Source of the DNA: an uncultured Planctomycetia bacterium | Lineage (GTDB): Bacteria; Omnitrophota; Gorgyraeia; Tantalellales; Tantalellaceae | Assembly (NCBI GenBank): GCA_964565425.1 | Contig: CAZMEZ010000004.1 | Span: forward strand, 24,907 to 88,906 | DNA length: 64,000 bases | Direction of reading: 5' to 3' | Part shown: positions 36,200 through 46,660 of the stretch, in pieces | How the letters are laid out: the number at the start of each line of letters is the position of its first letter | How positions within the stretch are numbered: position 1 is the stretch's first letter | The notes under the pieces: model-generated | Told to the model about the DNA's origin: nothing | The model's database searches: none | Seen by the model: only the letters and a program-made list of their open reading frames with translations | Translations under genes and position numbers: made by a program

Positions 36200-37942
36200 A
36201 TGGAACGATCGGGTAAAGAACTGATAATACTTGTGGATAAGGCCGGGCTGGCGGCCGCAGGCCGTTCGCTCCTGGAAAGGTGCGATCGTGTTGCCATGAC
36301 CCCGGACGCGATACTCGCCTTAGAGGAAGAAGGTCTGTCCTTTTCCACGTTCGACGATATTTACGGGTACAGGCAGTTTCGCGAGGACAACCTAAGGATG
36401 ATGGATGAGACGGAAGACCTGTTCAGGGATCTGGACAGGAAATACAGCGCGTCTTTGGAGTATCCCCGCGCTTTTACGGGCAATATACTGTGGTTCCTGG
36501 TGTTCTTTGCCAACGCCCTTTATCTTTCGAAAGTGTGCCGGTGGGCTAAGAACAACTATACTAAGGTCCATTTGGCCGGTAGCGCTAAGTACGACAGGCC
36601 GCTCAGGATAGACCTGGATTTCTCCGAAAGGGGGCTCGCGTTCTGCGATTTTAACCGGGAACTGGCCAGCAAGGTCAGCATGCTGAGGGATGTTTTATCC
36701 CCGGATTGTTACTGGAGCGCCAATGCCCCCCAAAGGGGCGCCGGACGGCCCGTCGGTAGACAACAGCTGTTATTTTCCGCGAGGCAGACGGTCAAAAAGC
36801 CTTTAGTCAGAGCGAGAGCGTTTTTTGAAGAACATTCAGGTAAAGATAAGGATGTCATATTCGTAGTGCGGGACAGCAATGAAGTGAATTTCGTAAAAAG
36901 ACACATGGGGGATGTTGCTCTCAAGAAACCGCTCAAGAGAATGCTCGAGGACGCGTTCGAAGGGCGTTTGGAGAAGCAGGATATCGAATGCTCTTTCGAA
37001 ACAGAGATCCGGAGTTTCGCGTTGAAATGGTTCCCGGAATTCGAAAAGCGCGTCCTGGAAGCGTTCGAGGCCTATTTTGAAAAAGCGGTTCGCTGTCTCC
37101 GGGCATTTATGGACAAAGTAGAGGAAGCGTTCAAAGCGGACTCCCCGAAGGCGGTGTTCTATTCGTTTTCCCCCAACAGGGTATACGAGGACGTGCTCGC
37201 TTACGCGGCGAACGAGAGGAACATACCCGTGTTCGCTTTCTGGCATGTCGGTTCTCATGAAAAAGACAAGGATATTTACGCGAAGTACCTGGAGAGCAAT
37301 GAAAACGTGAAAATGGATGTCCTGGAGGTAAGCAAATTCTACAACCTGCATCTGGACCGGAAGAGCGGCAGGGGCAAAGGTATTTTATACTTCCCCGGGA
37401 TCTTTAATTCATACAACTACAAGGATCTCATGGTCAACGTTCCCGATAGAGCGCTTTTTGAGGTTACCAGGGACATAGTGGAGGTTGTCGGCGAGTTCGG
37501 CGCGGAGATGGATATAAAGATACACCCTAATGACGAAGAATACAATTATACGTATTTCAGCAACCTGCTGAAGGCAAAGGGGGCCGGGAACATCGGCATA
37601 CTCAGGGGATTCCCGGCGGAAAAGATAATGAAGCATTACAGTCTCTTTATATTCGATTACGCCGGGACCAGCTTGATACCGGCTGCCGGGGTTTTCGACA
37701 CGCCGGCTATATTGTATATAACCGACGATAGTGTTTTGAGGGAGAAAGCGATCCCGGACCTGGAGAGAAAGTTCCATATGGCTCGGCACAGATCCGATCT
37801 TGTGAAGCACATTAGCCTTTATGTGCAGGGAAAACTGGAAACAAAAATAACGGGTGAGCACGCTTTCCCGGCAGGGGAAGAAGCCCCTTGCGTTAAGATG
37901 GCAGGGTATGTGAAGAGCGTGATCGATACCGTAAAAACCTGA
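36200..37942 (+). CDS. Hypothetical protein, TagF/KpsS-like putative phospho(no)transferase
   Basis: 580 aa. The C-terminal segment IKIHPNDEE ... IFDYAGTSLIPAAGVFDTPAILYITDD resembles the Glyphos_transf KxHP and D-x-S motifs. Paralogous in outline to 29491-30996. Sits immediately upstream of the PEP mutase gene. Confidence 0.35.
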   Translation: MERSGKELIILVDKAGLAAAGRSLLERCDRVAMTPDAILALEEEGLSFSTFDDIYGYRQFREDNLRMMDETEDLFRDLDRKYSASLEYPRAFTGNILWFLVFFANALYLSKVCRWAKNNYTKVHLAGSAKYDRPLRIDLDFSERGLAFCDFNRELASKVSMLRDVLSPDCYWSANAPQRGAGRPVGRQQLLFSARQTVKKPLVRARAFFEEHSGKDKDVIFVVRDSNEVNFVKRHMGDVALKKPLKRMLEDAFEGRLEKQDIECSFETEIRSFALKWFPEFEKRVLEAFEAYFEKAVRCLRAFMDKVEEAFKADSPKAVFYSFSPNRVYEDVLAYAANERNIPVFAFWHVGSHEKDKDIYAKYLESNENVKMDVLEVSKFYNLHLDRKSGRGKGILYFPGIFNSYNYKDLMVNVPDRALFEVTRDIVEVVGEFGAEMDIKIHPNDEEYNYTYFSNLLKAKGAGNIGILRGFPAEKIMKHYSLFIFDYAGTSLIPAAGVFDTPAILYITDDSVLREKAIPDLERKFHMARHRSDLVKHISLYVQGKLETKITGEHAFPAGEEAPCVKMAGYVKSVIDTVKT

Positions 37943-39649
37943 ATGGAGCGGCCTAAAATGGAAAAAATAAGAGATATACGCGAAGCTTTTGAAAGACCGG
38001 GATTGGCCCGGATAGTCGGGGCGCACGACGGGCTTACGGCGAAGCTTGTGGAGAAGAACGATTTTGACGGGGTGTGGGCGAGCGGCCTCGAGATATCCGC
38101 TTCCTACGCTATCCCCGACGCCAGCATTCTCACGATGTCGCAATACCTGGAAAGGGCCTGTGAAATGAAAGACGCGGTATCGATCCCCGTCGTCGCGGAC
38201 TGCGATACCGGATACGGCAATTCAAACAACGTGATACACATGATCAAGAAGTATGAAGCGGCGGGGATCTCCGGAGTATGCATAGAGGATAAGAGGTTCC
38301 CCAAAGTGAACAGCCTTCTCGCGGAAGGAAGGCAGGAGCTCGCTCCGATAGCCGAATTCGTGGGCAAGATAATGGCCGCGAAGAACGCCCAATGCTCGGA
38401 AAGGTTCATGGTAATAGCGAGGGTGGAAGCCCTTATAGCCGGGTGGGGGGAGCAGGAAGCCCTTCTCAGGGCCGAAAAATACGCCGAGGCCGGGGCGGAT
38501 GCCATCCTGATACATTCCAAGGCGAATACCGCCGATGAAGTCATAAGTTTCGCCCGAAAGTGGGACAGGAGGCTGCCTTTGGTCATAGTGCCTACCAATT
38601 ATCCGTCGGTCATGATGGATCTTGGTGAGAAGGAGCTGCTTGATCTGGGCATAAAAATGGTGATCTTCGCGAATCAGGGATTAAGAAGCGCTATCAGGGC
38701 CATAAACGACACTTTCGCCGAGATAAAACAGGCGGGAGGCATACATACGGTGGATGGGAAGATCGTCAGTCTTGATGAAGTTTTCCACCTGCAGGGCATG
38801 ACCGATTTCAAGAAGCAGGAGAAGGAATACCTGAAGTCGGAGAATGAAGATGTTGCCGTTATCATGCCCGCTGCCGGGAAACCGGCCCACCAGGATTCCA
38901 TCGTGCCGCTGCTCACGGACAGGCCGCTTTGCATGATAGATATCAACGGGAAGACCCTGCTTGAAAGGAATCTGAACACCCTGAAGGAATTGCGTATCAA
39001 GAACGTGAATATGGTTGTCGGCTACAAGAAAGAGAGCATCCTCAAGGGGCTCGACCTGGACGGCATAAATCTCATCACGAACGACGATTACAGGACCAAA
39101 CACCTGCTCCATTCCATCATGCTTGCCGAGCGGGAGATGAAAGACAGGACGCTTATAGTCTACGCCGACATACTGTTCGATAAGAATCTCGTCAGCAGGA
39201 TCCTGGGTCTCAAGGAGGACATAGTCCTGGTGGGGGATAACACCTACAAGAAGTATGGGAAACGCAACAAGAAACTCGAGCTGATCAAAACATCCGAACC
39301 CATGACCACCGGCAAACGGGAGATCGCCAACGACGAACTTTTTAGCGTGGAGAGGATCGGCAGGGAAGTGGACGAGGCACCCTCGAATTTTGAATTCGCG
39401 GGCATAGCTTATTTGTCAAGGAAAGGGACGCAGTCGCTGAAAAGACTTTATTGCGAAAGGAAAAAAGAATTGGAAGGCGGGGACGAAAGGTTCCATGAAG
39501 CCGGGGGTTTCGACCAGGCGTCATTTACGGATATAATACAGGAAGCGATCGACAGCGGGATTTCGGTAAAGGTGTTGCCCGTGAATTCCGGTTGGATGGA
39601 GATACATGAATTCGAGGATTACAGGTTCGCCTGTGAAAAGATAAAGTAA
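37943..39649 (+). CDS. ppm: Phosphoenolpyruvate mutase fused to a C-terminal nucleotidyltransferase (cytidylyltransferase-like) domain
   Basis: The N-terminal approximately 290 aa belong to the ICL/PEPM family and carry the PEP-mutase-specific EDKRFPKVNS motif (rather than KKCGH). The C-terminal approximately 250 aa form a GlmU/MobA-type NTP-transferase fold (VAVIMPAAGKPAHQDSIVPLL). Confidence 0.8.
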   Translation: MERPKMEKIRDIREAFERPGLARIVGAHDGLTAKLVEKNDFDGVWASGLEISASYAIPDASILTMSQYLERACEMKDAVSIPVVADCDTGYGNSNNVIHMIKKYEAAGISGVCIEDKRFPKVNSLLAEGRQELAPIAEFVGKIMAAKNAQCSERFMVIARVEALIAGWGEQEALLRAEKYAEAGADAILIHSKANTADEVISFARKWDRRLPLVIVPTNYPSVMMDLGEKELLDLGIKMVIFANQGLRSAIRAINDTFAEIKQAGGIHTVDGKIVSLDEVFHLQGMTDFKKQEKEYLKSENEDVAVIMPAAGKPAHQDSIVPLLTDRPLCMIDINGKTLLERNLNTLKELRIKNVNMVVGYKKESILKGLDLDGINLITNDDYRTKHLLHSIMLAEREMKDRTLIVYADILFDKNLVSRILGLKEDIVLVGDNTYKKYGKRNKKLELIKTSEPMTTGKREIANDELFSVERIGREVDEAPSNFEFAGIAYLSRKGTQSLKRLYCERKKELEGGDERFHEAGGFDQASFTDIIQEAIDSGISVKVLPVNSGWMEIHEFEDYRFACEKIK

Positions 39650-39662
39650 GGGGAAAAAGGAT

Positions 39663-41213
39663 ATGGCCAGGAAAGGAAAGATTTTGATCATGTCCCCGAA
39701 CCTCAAAGGGGTGAAAGGCGGCGTCAACCGTATCCAGCCGAGCCTCGGCGTGGGGTATCTGGCGGCGGTCCTCGAGAGAGAGGGGCATGAGGTCCACATA
39801 CGCGACACGGCGCTCGAAGGGCACGGCAATGAAGTGCTTCTGGAGGACGGGAAGACGATCATGAGGGGGGAATCGGACGCCGAGATCGCGAAATACGTCT
39901 CATCCCTCGGTCCGGATATCGTGGGGATCTCGGTCCTTTTTTCCAATCTCGCGGAACATGCCCATAAGATCGCGAAGATCGTAAAGGAAACGGATCCGGA
40001 TATCAAAGTCGTCATGGGCGGCAATCACATAACCAATTCCGCCCGGGACTATATCTATGCCCTTACGCCGGGAAACGAAGATTCGAATCTCGGCAGGATC
40101 TTTTCCGATATGGAAGACCGTAATATCGATTACGCCATGGCCGGCGAATGTGATTTCCAGTTCGCGGAACTGGTGGACGCTTTATTGAACAAAAAGGACC
40201 CGAAAAACATCGCCGGACTTGTTTACAGGAAGCCCGGGTGCGGGACGCCGGACGCGAACGTTACGGTCAATCCCAATTTCTCGGACAGGCCGGATATAAG
40301 GAGATTGCCGCATCCCGCGCGGCATCTCATGAACATGGAAGGATATTTCAAAATAGATCTTTTTCATTCGACCAAATCGCATTCGGAAAGGGTCCTCAAC
40401 GTCATGGCGGCGCGGGGTTGCCCGGAAAAGTGCGCTTTTTGCACCACTCCTTCTACGTGGGGCAACAGGATCAGGTGGAGGGATCCCCTGGATATTTACG
40501 AGGAGATCGTCTCATGCGTCGAAAGATACGGCATCGGAGAGATCCAGTTTGAGGACGATACGTTAACAAGCAGCAAAGCGCACATAATGGACCTGTGCGA
40601 ACTCATGGAACCCCTGGGCATCCCGTGGTGTACCCCGAACGGGACGAAGGTCAATTATTACATGGAACACCAGCTCGAGATGTTCAGGAGAATGGCGAAG
40701 GCCGGATGCTACCAGGTAACGTTCGGGTGTGAAAGCGGAGTGCAACGGGTACTTGACCGGATAGTCCGCAAGAATCTGCGTATCGAACAGATACCGCGCG
40801 CCATAGATAACGCTAAAAAAGCCGGCCTTTTGGTGCATACCTTCTGGATCGTCGGGTTCCCGGGCGAGACCAGGCGGGAGATGGAAGAGACCGTGGAATT
40901 CGCCGCACGGGCCGGAGCTGACAGTTATTCTATATCCACTTTCTCGCCTTTGCCCGGCACGCCCATTTACAGGCAGGTCGTAAAGGAGAATCTCTGGTGG
41001 GACCCTGAAGTCAGGACGAAAGACATGCTTTTCAGGAATTCCCTTATCAGGGTCGACGAGTTCAGCGGTCCGGAGGAATTCCAGGCGTGGGTGGACGAGA
41101 AGAACGCCCATCTTAACGGTCTACTTGAAGAAAAGGACCCGGAGCGGGCGAAATGGGTGCGCGAGAGCAATGCGAGACGCCTCAGGCACGAGGCGAAGTT
41201 CAAATATACCTGA
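39663..41213 (+). CDS. B12-binding radical SAM enzyme (class B)
   Basis: B12-binding N-terminal domain and CPEKCAFC radical-SAM motif. Confidence 0.8.
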   Translation: MARKGKILIMSPNLKGVKGGVNRIQPSLGVGYLAAVLEREGHEVHIRDTALEGHGNEVLLEDGKTIMRGESDAEIAKYVSSLGPDIVGISVLFSNLAEHAHKIAKIVKETDPDIKVVMGGNHITNSARDYIYALTPGNEDSNLGRIFSDMEDRNIDYAMAGECDFQFAELVDALLNKKDPKNIAGLVYRKPGCGTPDANVTVNPNFSDRPDIRRLPHPARHLMNMEGYFKIDLFHSTKSHSERVLNVMAARGCPEKCAFCTTPSTWGNRIRWRDPLDIYEEIVSCVERYGIGEIQFEDDTLTSSKAHIMDLCELMEPLGIPWCTPNGTKVNYYMEHQLEMFRRMAKAGCYQVTFGCESGVQRVLDRIVRKNLRIEQIPRAIDNAKKAGLLVHTFWIVGFPGETRREMEETVEFAARAGADSYSISTFSPLPGTPIYRQVVKENLWWDPEVRTKDMLFRNSLIRVDEFSGPEEFQAWVDEKNAHLNGLLEEKDPERAKWVRESNARRLRHEAKFKYT

Positions 41214-41234
41214 TCTTACAAAGGATGATCGAAG

Positions 41235-42392
41235 ATGATAGATTGTTCGGATTTTTTTGAAGCGCTTAAAAACAGGAACCTGGCCTTTTTCACGGGCGTT
41301 CCGGATTCTTTGCTCAAGGATATCTGCGCCTGTATTTCCGATAATACGGGACCGGGAAACAACATCATCGCGGCGAATGAAGGGAACGCCGTCGCTTTGG
41401 CTGCCGGTTATCACCTGGCTACAGGAGAGATAGGCACCGTATACATGCAGAATTCAGGGCAAGGGAACGCGGTCAACCCCTTGACCTCCCTGGCGGACCC
41501 CGACGTTTACGGGATACCCATGCTGATGATCATCGCCTGGAGGGGTGAACCCGGAGGGAAGGACGAACCGCAGCATCTTAAACAGGGAAAGATCACATTG
41601 GAGATGCTCGACACCCTTAATATTCCTTATTCTGTTTTGCCGGAGGACACGATGGGATCCGGGAAGGTCCTGGATAGAGCTGTTGGATATATGGGGGACA
41701 AAAAGGCTCCGTACGCGTTGATCGTCAGGAAGGGCATTTTTGGGCCATATGTTACGCGGGACGTTGATATGCCGACCGGCGGACTTATGAAAGAAGAAGC
41801 GCTTAAACTCGTGGTCGGGAGTGTAGGGGAGCGGGACGTGATCGTCTCCACGACGGGAACGACCTCGAGAGAACTCTTCGAGCACAGGAAAGAGATCAAA
41901 GAAGGCCAGGGGAGGGATTTCTTGACAGTCGGTTCCATGGGGCATGCTTCCTCCATTGCTTTGGGGATAGCGCTCAGGAAGAAGGAACGGGATATTTATT
42001 GTCTGGACGGCGACGGGGCGGCCATCATGCACATGGGAGCGCTCGCCGTTATAGGCGACCAGTGCCCCCAGAACTTCAGACACATCATTTTTAATAACGG
42101 GGCCCATGATTCCGTGGGAGGGCAACCGACTGCCGGGTTCAGGATCGATTTTCCGGCTATCGCCATGGCTTGCGGGTACAAGGCGGCATTCAAGGCGGAA
42201 AACGCGGAGGAGATAGTGGAAAAGATGTCTTTATTGCGGGAGATTGACGGCCCGGCCCTGTTGGAAATAAGGGTAAGGAAAGGCTCGAGAAAGGACCTGG
42301 GACGTCCTTCGGTATCGCCGGTAGAAGGGAAAAAAGCTTTTATGGATTTTTTGTTCGAAAAGGATAAAGATCGCCAATCTCCGGAGGGATAG
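41235..42392 (+). CDS. ppd: Phosphonopyruvate decarboxylase (TPP-dependent)
   Basis: The N-terminus FFEALKNRNLAFFTGVPDSLLKD is diagnostic of Ppd/AepY-type (sulfopyruvate-decarboxylase-family) enzymes. Has a TPP-binding GDG..N region. Confidence 0.8.
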   Translation: MIDCSDFFEALKNRNLAFFTGVPDSLLKDICACISDNTGPGNNIIAANEGNAVALAAGYHLATGEIGTVYMQNSGQGNAVNPLTSLADPDVYGIPMLMIIAWRGEPGGKDEPQHLKQGKITLEMLDTLNIPYSVLPEDTMGSGKVLDRAVGYMGDKKAPYALIVRKGIFGPYVTRDVDMPTGGLMKEEALKLVVGSVGERDVIVSTTGTTSRELFEHRKEIKEGQGRDFLTVGSMGHASSIALGIALRKKERDIYCLDGDGAAIMHMGALAVIGDQCPQNFRHIIFNNGAHDSVGGQPTAGFRIDFPAIAMACGYKAAFKAENAEEIVEKMSLLREIDGPALLEIRVRKGSRKDLGRPSVSPVEGKKAFMDFLFEKDKDRQSPEG

Positions 42393-43513
42393 TGTTGAAT
42401 TATCGCATGCCGACGAACATAAATTTTGGTAAAGATTGCCTGGCCGGTCTGGCCGATGTTATCGCGCCTGGCCCGGCGGGGAAAGTCCTTGTTTTCACGG
42501 GAACAGGATCGGCTAAAATTTCAGGCGCTCTTGACCGTATAACCGGGATATTGTCCGGGTGCAACCCGGTCTTTTTTGAAGGTATAGAGCCCGATCCCGC
42601 CTTAGAGAGCCTGGAAAGAGGCATAGAAGTGTGCAGGCGGGAGGTCCCGGACCTCATCATAGCGGTCGGCGGAGGCAGCGTTATCGATTACGCGAAAGCG
42701 GTTTCCGTCCTGGCGGGGGAAGAAGGGGAAGTGTCGGATTTCTTCAGGGGCGGACGGAAACTAAAAGGCGGCAGGGCCGCGTTTATCGCGGTCCCGACCA
42801 CTTTCGGCACTTCGAGCGAGATAACCCCTTACGCGGTGATGACCGATACGGTAAACGGTATCAAGATCACCCTGGAAGACGCGAGCATATTCCCGGACCG
42901 GGCGTTCATTGACCCGAAATTTACCTTGACGATGCCGGAAGAGCTCGTGGCCGCCTCCTGCGCGGATCTCCTGTCCCACGCTGTCGAGGCGTACTGGAAC
43001 GTGAACGCCACGGAACTCACGGATATTTTCGCGTTGCAGGCCATAAGAACTTTCATGGGATCCTACAAGCGGACGTTCGAATCCCCCGCCGATACGGCAG
43101 CCAGGGGAAGGATAGTCCTGGCGGGCATATGCGCCGGATTGGCTTTTTCGAACACCAGGACAACGGCGTGCCACTCCATCTCATATCCGATGACCGCTGT
43201 CTTCGGCGTGCCTCACGGCATGGCATGCGTTTTAACGCTGGGCGAGATGCTGGAGTTCAATTCGACGGCTAGCGGGGAAAAGCTCCTGGCGTTGTGCGGC
43301 GCCATGGATTGCGGTGATGTGCGGGAAGCGAAACAGAAAATAGGATCTATCCTGAAAGATCTGCGCATTAAAACAAGATTAAGGGATTACGGCCTGAAAA
43401 AGGGCGATCTTGCCCTTATCCTGGACAAGGGGTTCACCCCGGAGAGGATGGCGAACAATCCCGGTAAGGTCACCAGGGACGACCTGGAAAAAATGCTGGA
43501 GAGGATATATTGA
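42392..43513 (+). CDS. Iron-containing alcohol dehydrogenase (phosphonoacetaldehyde reductase-like)
   Basis: Fe-ADH family (GGGSVIDYAKA). The position after ppd matches FomC/PhpC. A GTG start at 42392 overlaps the ppd stop. An ATG at 42407 is an alternative start. Confidence 0.7.
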   Translation: MLNYRMPTNINFGKDCLAGLADVIAPGPAGKVLVFTGTGSAKISGALDRITGILSGCNPVFFEGIEPDPALESLERGIEVCRREVPDLIIAVGGGSVIDYAKAVSVLAGEEGEVSDFFRGGRKLKGGRAAFIAVPTTFGTSSEITPYAVMTDTVNGIKITLEDASIFPDRAFIDPKFTLTMPEELVAASCADLLSHAVEAYWNVNATELTDIFALQAIRTFMGSYKRTFESPADTAARGRIVLAGICAGLAFSNTRTTACHSISYPMTAVFGVPHGMACVLTLGEMLEFNSTASGEKLLALCGAMDCGDVREAKQKIGSILKDLRIKTRLRDYGLKKGDLALILDKGFTPERMANNPGKVTRDDLEKMLERIY

Positions 43514-45000
43514 TGAAGAGACCCGAACAATTCAAGGTGCTGCTGGTCCTGGCTAACGGCTACATGGACTCACTGATACCGCCGAACATCTCGCTCTTGT
43601 CGGCCTACCTGAAGAGAGAAGCTTTCCAGGTAAGGCTTTTCGACACCGTTTTTTATAAAACAAAGGAAAAAACAGGCGACGATGTCCGGTATGAAACGCT
43701 GCAGGTCAAATCGGCTAACGTGGCCGAGTATGGCGTTACGCGCAAAGACGGTGACCTGATCGGGGATTTCAGAAAAGCCGTACTGGAATACGAACCTGAC
43801 CTCGTAGCGCTGTCGACGATAGAGGCTACGCATCCCCTGGGCATGTCGCTCCTGCGGAGCATAAGCGATATCGAGGTTGAAAAAATAGTAGGGGGGATAT
43901 ATACCACTATCAGCCCGGATGAAGTGATAAATGAAGATTGCGTCGATATCATCTGTATCGCTGAAGGGGACAACGCGCTGATCGAGCTGTGTCACAGGAT
44001 GAGGAAGGGAGAGGATTATTCCGATATCCGGAACCTGTGGGTAAAAAAGAACGGTTCGGTGTCCCGGAATGAACTGGCCACCCCCGTAGATATAAATAAA
44101 ATGCCCTTCCAGGACTGGTCGATATTCGACAAAAAACGTCTGTACAAGTCCATGGGGGGAAGGGTCAATATCACGGGATGCATCGAGCTGAACAGGGGAT
44201 GTCCTTATAACTGTACTTACTGCTGCAACGCGAAATTGCATGAACTGTACGAGAACAGGTTCTACCGGGAGCGGGATGTGAAGAACTTCGTGGCGGAAGT
44301 TGTGGAAAAAAAGGAAAAATACGACCTGGGTTATGTCTATGTAGCCGCCGAATCTTTCTTGACGACAAGAGAAGAAAGGTTCGAAGAATTCATCAAGCTG
44401 TACGGGGACGTGAAGATCCCGTTCTGGGTGCAGTCAAGGCCCGAGGCGATCCGGGAAGAAAGGATAGTCAAACTGGGATCCGTCGGCTGCGAGGGTTTGA
44501 GCGTAGGGGTCGAGAGCGGTAACGAGGAATACAGGAGGGACGTGTTGAACAGGAGGATGAGCAACGATGATATCGTCAGGGCGTTCAAGGTCCTGAGCAG
44601 GCATCCGGAGATCAGGAATTGCGCGAACAGCGTGATCGGGTTCCCCGACGAGACCAGGGGGCATATCTTTGAGACCATAGAATTGATCAAGAGGGTGCAG
44701 CCGAGGAACGTGATGGTCCACATATTCAACCCCTACAGGGGCACCAAACTGCACGATATATGCGTGGAAAAAAATTACCTGTCGAAGGACAGTCTGTGCG
44801 GGGACTACAGGATGGACGTGGCCATTGAGAATCCCAACCTGACCAAAGAAGAGATCAGGGGATTGCAGAGGACGTTCGCGTTATACGTGAGGTTCCCGGA
44901 GAACCGTTATAAGGAAATAGAACGCGCCGAGAAATTCGACAAAGAGGGTAATGAGTTGTTCGGGAAATTAAGCGTGGAATTCAAAAGCAAGTATTTATGA
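43510..45000 (+). CDS. B12-binding radical SAM enzyme (class B; Fom3-like methyltransferase candidate)
   Basis: B12-binding domain and CPYNCTYC motif. Sits directly after the ppd-adh pair. Confidence 0.8.
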   Translation: MMKRPEQFKVLLVLANGYMDSLIPPNISLLSAYLKREAFQVRLFDTVFYKTKEKTGDDVRYETLQVKSANVAEYGVTRKDGDLIGDFRKAVLEYEPDLVALSTIEATHPLGMSLLRSISDIEVEKIVGGIYTTISPDEVINEDCVDIICIAEGDNALIELCHRMRKGEDYSDIRNLWVKKNGSVSRNELATPVDINKMPFQDWSIFDKKRLYKSMGGRVNITGCIELNRGCPYNCTYCCNAKLHELYENRFYRERDVKNFVAEVVEKKEKYDLGYVYVAAESFLTTREERFEEFIKLYGDVKIPFWVQSRPEAIREERIVKLGSVGCEGLSVGVESGNEEYRRDVLNRRMSNDDIVRAFKVLSRHPEIRNCANSVIGFPDETRGHIFETIELIKRVQPRNVMVHIFNPYRGTKLHDICVEKNYLSKDSLCGDYRMDVAIENPNLTKEEIRGLQRTFALYVRFPENRYKEIERAEKFDKEGNELFGKLSVEFKSKYL

Positions 45001-45019
45001 TACCGCGAAGGATCTATCG

Positions 45020-45739
45020 ATGAAAGCAGTTATAGTAGCGGCAGGAAGATCGAGCAGGTTGTATCCATTGACCCTGGACACGCCGAAACCTCTCCTGGAG
45101 GTCAACGGCAGGTCCATCATCGAGCGTTCCATTTCCAATCTTCGCCGGAACGGCATAGACGAGATCGGGGTAGTGGTCGGCTATCTGCGGGAACGGTTCC
45201 TTGAAGCGCTGAAGGACGGGGTGACGTTCATCGATAACCCGCGTTACGCGACCACGAACAACATGGCTTCCCTCTGGTATGCCAGGGATTTCGTGGGGGG
45301 TGACGAGTTCGTGTATCTGCACGGGGACGTAGTGTACCACCCGGACATACTTGAAGATTGCCTGAGGTGCGACGGTGATATCACCCTGATGGTCGACAAA
45401 AAGAAGTGCGACGAAGAGGACATGAAGGTAAGGGTTGCGGGTGACCGCTTCCTGGGATCCAGCAAGGACATACCGGTGAATGAGTCCTACGGGGAGTGGA
45501 TAGGGATCGCTAAATTTTCCGCCAAGGGCGGGAGCCTGGTATTCAGCGAAATAGACAAGGTGCTGGACGACGGGAAGAACAACGCTTATGACACCTATGC
45601 TTTTACGGGACTGGCCATGCGGGATCACCCGATAGATATCTGCCATACGCGGGGCTTGTCCTGGGTCGAAATAGATTTTCCGGAAGAACTGGAAAGAGCA
45701 AAGAAGATATGCCTGGCCATGGAGAAAGAGGGGGAATGA
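45020..45739 (+). CDS. Nucleotidyltransferase (LicC-like small NTP-transferase)
   Basis: AVIVAAGRSSRLYPLTLDTPKPLL motif. 239 aa, catalytic domain only. Confidence 0.7.
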   Translation: MKAVIVAAGRSSRLYPLTLDTPKPLLEVNGRSIIERSISNLRRNGIDEIGVVVGYLRERFLEALKDGVTFIDNPRYATTNNMASLWYARDFVGGDEFVYLHGDVVYHPDILEDCLRCDGDITLMVDKKKCDEEDMKVRVAGDRFLGSSKDIPVNESYGEWIGIAKFSAKGGSLVFSEIDKVLDDGKNNAYDTYAFTGLAMRDHPIDICHTRGLSWVEIDFPEELERAKKICLAMEKEGE

Positions 45740-46653
45740 TGAGGTCCTTGAAGGATATCAGGAAAATGCAGTACGAGTATCATTACGAACATGAGATGTG
45801 CCAGTTCTTCAGGGATTGGAAGAAGGCCCCGTACTCGTATTTCAGGGGTATCATGTGGATGGAGATGAGCTCGTTCGTCGTTTATATCCTGCAGAGAACG
45901 AAGGTCACGCCCAATGCCCTCTCGGTCGCTTATTGCCTGTCCGGATTGGCCGGCGGGGTCCTGCTGGCTATCCCGATGAAGGCGACCATCCTTGCCGCTG
46001 TCTTTGTGTTCTTTTTTAAGGCGATATTCGACTGGTGCGACGGCTTGCTCGCGCGCGTAACGCGCAAATTCTCTCTTGTAGGGGATATACTGGATTGCTA
46101 CGGTGCCATTTTGGGAGCCATGGGGCTTGAGATAGGACTGGGATTCTATGTAGCCCACAGATCCGGCATGGCCCTGTATTACTATCTTATACCTCTTATT
46201 CCCTTATTTTTCTTTGGTAAGCTGCACTCGTTCGTGTTTCACATATTTTACAAGAACTATATTACGACCCCGAGATTGAAGGAACTTTTCGGCAAACAGG
46301 CGCGGGATCACGCGGCACAGGCCGCCGGCAGCGGTCCGGAAAAGGTCCTTAGCGGGGGGTTCGAAAAAATAAGGAATTTCATCAACAATTTTCTGGATCA
46401 TCGTTCCAGGACCATAGATCTTATATGCCTGTTGCTTTTGGTGGAGCAGTTCACGCCCGTTTTCGTCACATGGATAGTGTTCCTGGGGTTTGTGATCAAG
46501 GAATTTCTGTTGTTCTCGGCTTCGTTCTATGTCGTAGCGAGGCGCGGGTGGGCGGAAAAAGAGATGGAAAAGAAACTTGCAGAGATATCGGGATCTTTCC
46601 CGCGGGGGGCGGAAAAGAGCGGCGCCGAAGTTCCGGTATCGCCGGAGGAGTGA
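45736..46653 (+). CDS. CDP-alcohol phosphatidyltransferase-family membrane transferase
   Basis: DWCDGLLAR-x8-G-x3-D signature within a polytopic membrane protein. Start set at the ATG overlapping the upstream stop (ATGA). Confidence 0.65.
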   Translation: MMRSLKDIRKMQYEYHYEHEMCQFFRDWKKAPYSYFRGIMWMEMSSFVVYILQRTKVTPNALSVAYCLSGLAGGVLLAIPMKATILAAVFVFFFKAIFDWCDGLLARVTRKFSLVGDILDCYGAILGAMGLEIGLGFYVAHRSGMALYYYLIPLIPLFFFGKLHSFVFHIFYKNYITTPRLKELFGKQARDHAAQAAGSGPEKVLSGGFEKIRNFINNFLDHRSRTIDLICLLLLVEQFTPVFVTWIVFLGFVIKEFLLFSASFYVVARRGWAEKEMEKKLAEISGSFPRGAEKSGAEVPVSPEE

Positions 46654-46660
46654 TCAATCC

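Noticed and set aside
46577-46660. Upstream extensions of the methyltransferase (start 46577) and the CDP-alcohol transferase (start 45709) as given in the ORF track
   Set aside because: The extensions overlap the preceding genes by 31-77 nt in another frame and are Arg-rich. ATG codons at 45736 and 46661 abut or overlap the upstream stops and give compact coupling.
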